This document shows positions 57,401 through 64,000 of a DNA stretch of 64,000 nucleotides, piece by piece. The DNA comes from Candidatus Thorarchaeota archaeon (lineage in GTDB: Archaea > Asgardarchaeota > Thorarchaeia > Thorarchaeales > Thorarchaeaceae). The DNA is taken from NCBI GenBank assembly GCA_011364905.1, contig RDNZ01000007.1, forward strand, positions 32,742 to 96,741. The letters run 5' to 3'. The position numbers were made by a program, and so were the translations under genes. The notes under the pieces were generated by a model. That model searched no databases and was not told the origin of the DNA. It saw only the letters and a list, made by a program, of their open reading frames with translations. Numbering within the stretch: position 1 is the stretch's first letter; every line of letters starts with the position of its first letter.

Positions 57401-59334
57401 TTGATTATCTGTGCTGCTCTTGGAGGTGTTGATGTAGCATAGCCTGGGCCAGCGTTACCCGCTGAGAAACACTGAACCATTCCTGGATACGATGAATTGT
57501 AGAATCCAGGAGTCGCCATTGCGGCATAAATCAGTGCATACTGGCCATATAGCTCATAGTATTGCGGTGCTACCCAACCCCAAGAGTTGCTTGTTATTTG
57601 TGTCTGATGTGCGCTGTTCCAATTCCACTCCCAATATCCGGAAGTGCCATTATAATCGAAGCCAGCGGCAAAGAGCATTGAATTAAACTCTGCAGCGATA
57701 CCTACAGTCATTACACCCATGATTTTTGCACCGGGCGCAATGCCTTCTACGGTTCCGTCTGCGCCGTCTAGACCGATTGGATAGGTTGTTGGCTTAGCTG
57801 CAATCTCTCCAGCCACAAACGTACCATGAGAGTCGCCATCGTACATGATACCAATTGCACGACCACTGAGGCCAATACCATCGATCATTCCAAGACCGAA
57901 GATGTTGCCTTCCCAACAGTGTGCCAGAGTACCAAGGCCAAATCGAAGTCCATCAGAATAGTCATAGTACATGTTGAGATGCGATTCCGCACCATCAACT
58001 GTTGAGTAGAACAGACCATCTTCATAGTCATCGACGAAACTCCAGTCGCCCATAGCGTTGTAATAAGCCGCAGCTTCTGGTTTACTAAAGTTCCACTCAC
58101 CATAGTTCACATTGGCATTCCAGAAGTCAGTGTGAGCTCGGGTTGTGTTCCAGTCCACGATAACCATTGATCCGTTCAGCACAAGTACTGGAGCGAAGAC
58201 CTTCATGTATGGATCGTTTCGCTGTTGGAAAGCGTAACCAGCGGTGTAGTATGGAACCAGTTGCCATTCTTCTGTTTGGGCATTCACAGTGATGTTGAGA
58301 GTAGGACTACCTGAGGTCAAACTTGGATCCGGAATCTCAGGATCTTGCCTCATCACATTGTGATAGTACTCTGTCATTGCTGTGACGTTGCCGGGGTACG
58401 AGCCACCAGGCCACCATGCCGGCATGTAGGCATCATAGAACCAGTCAAGGTTGGATACACCTCCTTGATTGTTCACGTAGGGAGAACCTCCCTGTGATGC
58501 GCGCTGGGTCGACCAATCGAGGTACCACTTACCAGTGGCAGAATCCTTGTAGCTAAGTATGTTCCAGCTTGAATAGGCCAGATACGCTGTTGCGTTAACA
58601 ACTGTAGCGTTTGCACGATAGAGTGACATAACAAAGCCATATCCTGTTGGGTCATAGCTCATTGAAAGGTTATCTGAACCGATAGCCATTGTGCCAACTA
58701 GGCCTTCCTGGCTGAAGTCTGTACCTGTATCGATTACACCCACTGTTACACCAGTACCGTCAACCCCAAATTGCGACCAAACTTGGTCTGCCCCAATGTG
58801 ATTGTCAACCACTAAATCCTGTGGCTCAGTCACGGTGGGTGGGGATATACTAGGTCTGGGTTCTACGCCGGTAGTTTTCGCACTATAGAGACTATCGGCA
58901 AATGCGGTTACAATACCATCGAAGTTTTCGAGGGCGGTTACTGCTTCTGGGCTAGTAATGAATCCGCTAGCAACTGTCATGGAACCAATCTTAACCTTCC
59001 AGTTGACATCCATGATCTCATTGAGACTTGCTACGTCGGAGTCAGTTCTTACGGTTACAAGAATTCCCATATCACCAGCATCATTCCTAGACACTGTGTT
59101 TGGAATATTTCCTGTATCCCTATAACTAGCTAGAATAGAACCGATGGGTCCTCCTTCCCTCTGAGTATCTACGTATTTTTGGATATCCTTCAATACATCT
59201 TGAGGGGTCGAAACATCGGTATTTGTATTTGCAACCGGTTGAACGTGGTTTGTCGGTGTGAATGGCACAAATGCCGCACTTAAGGCAAATATGGCAATCA
59301 TCGCCAGACAACCAGCCTTCTTCAGGTTGTTCAT
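54469..59334 (-). CDS. large secreted, C-terminally membrane-anchored S8 serine protease (pyrolysin-like)
   Basis: Signal peptide; IDTG, HGT, GTSMA triad; Thr/Pro linker, TM helix, RKK; ATG after GAGGAG. Confidence 0.92.
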   Translation of the reverse strand: MNNLKKAGCLAMIAIFALSAAFVPFTPTNHVQPVANTNTDVSTPQDVLKDIQKYVDTQREGGPIGSILASYRDTGNIPNTVSRNDAGDMGILVTVRTDSDVASLNEIMDVNWKVKIGSMTVASGFITSPEAVTALENFDGIVTAFADSLYSAKTTGVEPRPSISPPTVTEPQDLVVDNHIGADQVWSQFGVDGTGVTVGVIDTGTDFSQEGLVGTMAIGSDNLSMSYDPTGYGFVMSLYRANATVVNATAYLAYSSWNILSYKDSATGKWYLDWSTQRASQGGSPYVNNQGGVSNLDWFYDAYMPAWWPGGSYPGNVTAMTEYYHNVMRQDPEIPDPSLTSGSPTLNITVNAQTEEWQLVPYYTAGYAFQQRNDPYMKVFAPVLVLNGSMVIVDWNTTRAHTDFWNANVNYGEWNFSKPEAAAYYNAMGDWSFVDDYEDGLFYSTVDGAESHLNMYYDYSDGLRFGLGTLAHCWEGNIFGLGMIDGIGLSGRAIGIMYDGDSHGTFVAGEIAAKPTTYPIGLDGADGTVEGIAPGAKIMGVMTVGIAAEFNSMLFAAGFDYNGTSGYWEWNWNSAHQTQITSNSWGWVAPQYYELYGQYALIYAAMATPGFYNSSYPGMVQCFSAGNAGPGYATSTPPRAAQIINVGASTSYHTFENSYGPNQGFDQIADFSSRGPLTLGYPKPDVLAPGRNNYGLVPYYGETILGGYGLVRDHWAVYAGTSMACPLAAGLAALMLDANSALTPDMVKTVMQSTATDIGMDGLSQGHGVINAFAAVDFVVNDHGLTFYTYDSVDNWGTATADAWSARMNPYDRDNFINTTSPPGNYADGNLYFGLVNANDMVTMTVTGANWAYSGLTWSAEQYIADQTTKFSFETFIYNETTSHGHNYTLAGWMNLNTAMEAASAGSYTNLMNANYATISITGSQDDVGTYYVGNTAVDPLWAFVFDWNDNSPANGIPDYYNTTTGQGDELTRIQYAGGTGNILKMDLSSSTDLGSVFPNTAIISVHDDSIWSWPYTGGHMLQVTVQTWTLAADGDISFADNAGDADVTLNVPASPEYGVHQGFVIANNGTMDFKMPYTYEVIAPYDTAGNVMTLADGVGAVQTPYEQGAITAGWDSYYTFQSGDHATFVVNMTDATVNYLAARVNWTLAGTDIDVTILDMTGFSLADSSDAVKATTDSSLAIADVSGATGMYIIYTTVNTVNGTDIPEDFTLTVVGVTALDEPTLELSWTSNDHPTPTVITAGGSAVGDHVMMTATWTNGINPGMPEFGITTTRERVLYGTLFYATGPNVIPSDPDGAFAGIIDPSEFAWETAPGIVEGDNVRVIGDFDGADNDFMAWWSTTPMDTRSYANNILGNTMASSAHPETDSFVADQSGSIDFAILNYAQDGGDYYLTVDTRVGLEPGPVAGMTKTIDTYFLLVNGTYSVLVDSDTGTNLKYSLEIPNIFIGNFFAPKVTVDAPVAVSSTAFNVSWSSTDQNAADVPYYQVAVSNDGGSTFQVLARNLTTTSIVWESHGFLEKNDYVIRVRAFSLDFSNPPGLCSTNGEENYWPGDFGDGFTAPFAAGDVPVTTSPTTTTTPPTTTTTPTTPPVTGIDPLLIGLIGGIGVGVVVLLILFLIRKK

Positions 59335-59358
59335 GTTTAGTTTTCTCCTCACTTGTTA

Positions 59359-59479
59359 GTAGAGAACAACCGCGACCAGAAGCAAACCATCTCTGCTTAG
59401 ATGGTGTCCTCTGGACGCAATAAAACCTCCATCATCCATCCAGTGGGATGAATGTGTCTCCTCTTTCAGCGTTCTCCAC
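59359..59479 (-). promoter_or_regulatory. structured 5' leader of the S8 protease gene
   Basis: GUGGAGAAC/GUUCUCUAC and CAUUCAUCC/GGAUGGAUG (G-U pairs on the minus strand), ACCAUCU/AGAUGGU, CCAGA/UCUGG. Confidence 0.5.
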
Positions 59480-59754
59480 GGGTGTGTGATTAACCTCGAC
59501 AGACTAATCGCCATTATTAAGGATTGTGCAAGATTTGTACTATAATGTGAGGCGCATTTTCCTTTATCAAAGGTAATGCACTCCAGTATAGTTTGGAAGT
59601 GGGAAAAAAGCGCCGATACCGCTATTTGTTAAGAGAGAAGGCATATAATACTCGGAAACCGTCAATGTGTACGCAAATACACCATCTCTAACCACAGACT
59701 GAGGAGTTTCGCTTTGCATGCCTAGAAAGTCGTAGAGGAGAGGAAATCAGATAA

Positions 59755-60876
59755 TCAACGAACCATCTTCTTGATTGTATCTACAATCTCGTTCACCATG
59801 ATGATGGCCCCAATCATCTCTACCTTGGGTTCTTCACCATGGGAATCTCCAACCTCGCGGGCGACTCGTGTCATTGACCTACCTAGACTTTCGATTAAAG
59901 AAACCAAAGCTTGTTTTCCACCATCACTTTGATTGCTTGACTCCACCTGAGAAATAAGCTCGACGAGATCCGAAATGACGCTATCGGAGACCTCAGATGC
60001 AGTTTCTGCTCTTCTACTTAGGTCCTCCCACTTTGTTTGAGCTTCCTTTAGTTTGCTTGAAAGCTCAACTACTATGCCATCATCGCCAGGTGCAGATGGG
60101 GGACTTGTGACGCCTTCACTTGCTAATCGAAGATCCGCGATTTCAGCCTCTAATGACTGGATAAGCGCATCTTTCATCTTCATCTTCTCACGAATTGCTT
60201 CATCAGAAGCAGATGCTGCTGCAGGCGTTGCTTTCAGTTGCTCCTCCATCAGTTCGATGGATCTTTCCCGTTCTCCAACTTCAGCTTTAATAGCTTCAAG
60301 TTCGCTTTGCAGAGTCGTCAGGGAGTCTTCCTTCTCAGATACAAACTCATTCAGCTTCTTGTTCTCTGCTTCTAGTTTTTGCATTTCAGTCTTAGAGGAT
60401 TTTGCTTCATCCTTCAGCTCTTTCACTTCATCTCGTAGTGTCGTAAAATCAGGATTAGGAGGCGAAATCACGTAATAGCCAATGATTGAGAGCGCGATGA
60501 CAAAACCTGCAACATAAAGAAGTGAACTCCAAATAGATCCAAAGAAGAGATCTGTTAATAGCTGCAGAAAATGACCGAATGTAGACGCTGATCCAAATCC
60601 TAGAAGTAGTCCAAATGCGGCAAACAAAACTGCAATAATGGAAACACCAAGACTCAGGAGCCCAATTATTATTGCTATGTTCCGCTTCATGGCAGTTTGA
60701 GGCAAGTGCCTTTGATACATAAAGAGCAGAATAGCTAATGTTAGTAGCGGAACGATATATGGCAATGATGCAACAATATCATCCATGGGGGTCTCAAATA
60801 CTACAAGCATGTTTGCCCCAACAAGTGTAAGATGACCGGTCATTTGGAATCCTCCAAGGTGGTATAAGAACGTCAA
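59755..60876 (-). CDS. membrane protein with N-terminal TM bundle and long coiled coil
   Basis: About 3-4 TM helices then an E/K-rich heptad region; true start probably downstream (MDDIV). Confidence 0.8.
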   Translation of the reverse strand: MTFLYHLGGFQMTGHLTLVGANMLVVFETPMDDIVASLPYIVPLLTLAILLFMYQRHLPQTAMKRNIAIIIGLLSLGVSIIAVLFAAFGLLLGFGSASTFGHFLQLLTDLFFGSIWSSLLYVAGFVIALSIIGYYVISPPNPDFTTLRDEVKELKDEAKSSKTEMQKLEAENKKLNEFVSEKEDSLTTLQSELEAIKAEVGERERSIELMEEQLKATPAAASASDEAIREKMKMKDALIQSLEAEIADLRLASEGVTSPPSAPGDDGIVVELSSKLKEAQTKWEDLSRRAETASEVSDSVISDLVELISQVESSNQSDGGKQALVSLIESLGRSMTRVAREVGDSHGEEPKVEMIGAIIMVNEIVDTIKKMVR

Positions 60877-60970
60877 TTGCCTTGGAGGATAAAACTATTC
60901 TTTGTATTGGTTACGAATATAGAGATGTAGGTCCAGCACTTGAAACTTCCAGACTTGACCTTCCAGTAGA

Positions 60971-61279
60971 TTATTTCTTCCAGAGAGCAGCCTTCTCTAC
61001 TTCGTGATCTGTAACGGCTATCTCCACAGCCTTGAGAAGTCTTGTTGCTTCTTCTATCGAGAGAAGGAAAGACCCTTTGATGTTTCTGTCTTCTCCAATT
61101 GAAATTCGAATTCGGCCATCATTTACCCATCCTTCTTCAGTCTGTTCAGGCATTGATACCTGCATCTCCATCCAAGTCCTCCGGGACTCCTTCGTCTCAC
61201 GATCTTCATAGAAATGCTTTAGCTGAAGACGCCGCTCATATGAATTAGGTTTTGCACCCATCTTGATAGTACACTCCAT
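60971..61279 (-). CDS. small hypothetical protein
   Basis: Protein-like beta-rich pattern followed by a C-terminal helix. Confidence 0.7.
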   Translation of the reverse strand: MECTIKMGAKPNSYERRLQLKHFYEDRETKESRRTWMEMQVSMPEQTEEGWVNDGRIRISIGEDRNIKGSFLLSIEEATRLLKAVEIAVTDHEVEKAALWKK

Positions 61280-61431
61280 TCTTGGGCAATCTAATTATTT
61301 GCCCTCAATATAACATTGGCACGAACTGATTTACAGTCGTTTCTCGGAAATTCCGAGCTGGACTCCAATTCGCCCTCAAGAAAACCCTTATCTTACGTCT
61401 GGAAGTGATGCGGTTGGAAGGACTCTTTAAA

Positions 61432-64000
61432 ATGCCAGCTAACCGCACACAACTCTATCGACGCATCATAGCTGTCTTTCTTGTGACCCTTTTCTTCACC
61501 CCAATAGGTATTTACACAGGGAGCCAGGCAGCTACCAAGCAAAATGAGCCCGCCAATATCAGCGCAGATCTAGCAGAAGCACTAGTTGGCAAAGAGTCCA
61601 ACAGTATGATTTCTGTATTTGCAAAGTTCCCAGATGGAGTATCAGCTGATGAGATGATTCAAAGCATCCAACTCTCCGGGTTGGACGGTGTGCAAATCAA
61701 ATATGCTTACCAACTCATCCCAATGATTTCTCTGTCAGTAAGAGTAGATGAAGTTCAATCCCTTGCCAAAGTCCCGCATATCAAAGAAATTACATTGAAC
61801 CGTGAACAACAGTTGCTTGATGATCCAATCCAAAATGAAGACTACATCTTAGCTGAGAATGTGAATCAATATGTCAATTTCACCTCCCTACTAAGTGCGG
61901 ACCAACTTTGGGCCCAAGGATACGATGGCACCGGTATCACTGTGGCTGTATTGGATAGTGGCGTTTGGAGTGGTCATCCAGACCTTCAGGGTCATCTGAT
62001 TGGTTTCAAGGACTATATCAATAATCAAGATGACATGAATCCTGCTGATGGGATTGTGGCGTATGATGATAATGGACATGGAACAGCATGTGCTTGGAAT
62101 ATTGCGGGCGATGGAACAGCAAGTAGTGGTGAGCTGAAGGGGGTGGCACCAGGAGCCAATCTGCTTGCGATCAAGATACTTGATAATGCTGGATCGGGAA
62201 ACGATGATGTCATCGCACAGGGCATAGAGTTTGCAATCCAGCAAAACGTGGATGTCATAAGTATGAGTTTCGGCGGGGATTGGACAGATAACCAATTCAT
62301 CGCAGAGCCAACAATTGACGAGATAAACGTAGCTGTAGCTGCTGGCATTTCGGTAGTCGTCGCTGCGGGAAACTCAGGACCTGCAGCCTTTTCAATCAAC
62401 TCACCAGGTATTGCTGAAAAAGCTGTGACTGTGGGTGCTTCATATGGGGACACTGGTGTTGTGGCATTTAGTAGTGTTGGGCCCGTATGGAGAACCAGTT
62501 CAGAACCAATGGGATACACCGCAAAACCAGATGTTGTAGCTCCGGGTTATCAGATTGTTTCCGGAAGAGGTAATAATGTGGATCCAGCAGAGTTTCCGGT
62601 TTACAACGGTAGCCAGTTTGGACCTAGTTACACACGTTGGTCAGGAACATCTTCTTCGACTCCCATGGTAGCTGGATTGATAGCGCTTTTGGCACAGAAG
62701 CAGGTGGCGCTCACACCGCTTGAAGCAAAGGCTGCTTTGATGAGTGCCGCCAAAGACATTGGTGGAGATCCAATGAGTATGGGGTGGGGTCTGCCAAATG
62801 TAACAAGAGCGTCGCAACTTCTCGCCAATCCATCCGGAGAAATTACATTGATGACACCCAGACGCCTTCCAACTCTGCCATGGAGCTCGGATGTTCTCAT
62901 AGTTGGGGACGAGCGGCCACCTCAGAATGTCACCGTTATTACAACACAATCATTGGGTCTTGTGAACATCACCGTTTCGGGGAATGCAAGCCAGTTTATA
63001 GAAACAAATGCCGATGAGATTTCGTTAACCCCAGGATACTCGTATTTCTGGGTCAAACTTTCGGTACCTAAGGACGTTCCGCTTGCATCTGCTGGCAAGT
63101 ACACCGGATTCTTAAACCTAACAAAGGATCACGAAGTAGTTGCATCCATGGACTTGGTCTACTCAATCACTCTTTTTGGGGGACGGATGATGGTGGATAT
63201 GGAACACCAATCAACTACAGATATTGACCGACCTTCATACTATGGCTACTTTACCGAATATCTGAGGGAACAAGGGACGGTCTTGTCCCTATTTGGAAAT
63301 CCTGAAGATAATATAAGAAGTTACATCGACTTGGACACAATTTCCAGCGCAGATATCTTCATGATCATGGATACCGAAACATCGTACACTCAGGGGGAGA
63401 TCCAAGCACTCCATTCTTTTGTGGATAATGGAGGGACTCTGCTGATGCTTTCGGAGTCCTTTGATCCATCAACAGGTAAACCCACATTTGCTTTTGACGA
63501 CTATAATGCAATTCTCGAACCATTCGGTATCCAATGCGAGAAACGTTCCATTGGATTTGGTCCTGATAATTACGGTTTGGTCTATGGTGCCAATTATAGC
63601 GGCTATGTGGAGAATGATCCCCTGATGGATGGAGTAAGAAATCTTTACATCGTTCAGGGCAGTACACTTCATATTAATCCAAGTGTGTCAAACGCCAGAG
63701 GTTTGTTCTGGGAAGATGCAAATAGGACACATGCCATTGTCGCTACAGCAGAATACGGTCGTGGTCGCGTCTTTGTAATCTCAGATGGTTCGACTCTTTA
63801 TGACGACATTCTCTATGATGCAATTAGCGCCGGTGCTGATAATCTAAGATTGTTAAGAAATCTTGCAACCGCAATAATTCCAGAAGCACCAAAAATCTTC
63901 GATGTCAGCCTAAGTGTCGGTACGTTTGGAGAACAAGCAAATGTGACTGCATATGTCTTCGATAGTGATCTTCTTGATGTTTCAATGACTGTAACCGGGC
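61432..64000 (+). CDS. secreted S8 serine protease with SKI-1/site-1-protease-like C-terminal domains (truncated by window end; absent from ORF track)
   Basis: Manual translation of sampled stretches in one frame: signal peptide MPANRTQLYRRIIAVFLVTLFF; VAVLDSG (~61942), GHGTACA (~62074), SGTSSSTP (62641); DUF4350-like region MIMDTETSYTQGEIQALHSFVDNGG. Confidence 0.9.
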   Translation, partial: MPANRTQLYRRIIAVFLVTLFFTPIGIYTGSQAATKQNEPANISADLAEALVGKESNSMISVFAKFPDGVSADEMIQSIQLSGLDGVQIKYAYQLIPMISLSVRVDEVQSLAKVPHIKEITLNREQQLLDDPIQNEDYILAENVNQYVNFTSLLSADQLWAQGYDGTGITVAVLDSGVWSGHPDLQGHLIGFKDYINNQDDMNPADGIVAYDDNGHGTACAWNIAGDGTASSGELKGVAPGANLLAIKILDNAGSGNDDVIAQGIEFAIQQNVDVISMSFGGDWTDNQFIAEPTIDEINVAVAAGISVVVAAGNSGPAAFSINSPGIAEKAVTVGASYGDTGVVAFSSVGPVWRTSSEPMGYTAKPDVVAPGYQIVSGRGNNVDPAEFPVYNGSQFGPSYTRWSGTSSSTPMVAGLIALLAQKQVALTPLEAKAALMSAAKDIGGDPMSMGWGLPNVTRASQLLANPSGEITLMTPRRLPTLPWSSDVLIVGDERPPQNVTVITTQSLGLVNITVSGNASQFIETNADEISLTPGYSYFWVKLSVPKDVPLASAGKYTGFLNLTKDHEVVASMDLVYSITLFGGRMMVDMEHQSTTDIDRPSYYGYFTEYLREQGTVLSLFGNPEDNIRSYIDLDTISSADIFMIMDTETSYTQGEIQALHSFVDNGGTLLMLSESFDPSTGKPTFAFDDYNAILEPFGIQCEKRSIGFGPDNYGLVYGANYSGYVENDPLMDGVRNLYIVQGSTLHINPSVSNARGLFWEDANRTHAIVATAEYGRGRVFVISDGSTLYDDILYDAISAGADNLRLLRNLATAIIPEAPKIFDVSLSVGTFGEQANVTAYVFDSDLLDVSMTVTG

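Noticed and set aside
61891-63672. Minus-strand ORFs listed in the track at the window end
   Set aside because: Antisense to the plus-strand S8 protease ORF starting at 61432.

Overview
Archaeal chromosome segment. The gene content (radA, topoisomerase VI A/B, aRF1, archaeal PheS/PheT, geranylgeranyl reductase, CofE, DnaK-DnaJ-GrpE, two Rab-like small GTPases, a roadblock protein, giant S8 proteases) points to an Asgard archaeon, probably Thorarchaeia-like; this is an inference. The window is gene-dense and mostly housekeeping. I found no rRNA, tRNA, CRISPR array, transposase or integrase. The main unexplained feature is the 1.1-kb gap at 34410-35540, which has no ORF of 60 aa or more in the track beyond a shadow ORF at its edge. 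On the minus strand it is tiled head-to-tail by 22-52-codon ORFs behind a TATA box, with Shine-Dalgarno motifs overlapping several upstream stop codons, duplicated start/stop modules and G-U-supported RNA helices, and it leads directly into an MFS transporter. Other highlights: a Cas4-like Fe-S nuclease split into two membrane-anchored halves; a site-1-protease (SKI-1/MBTPS1)-like subtilase missing from the ORF track; a Topo VI A subunit with a ~385-aa histone-H1-like/HhH extension; and further candidate structured RNAs or leaders at 4740-5000, 12470-12607 and 59359-59479.
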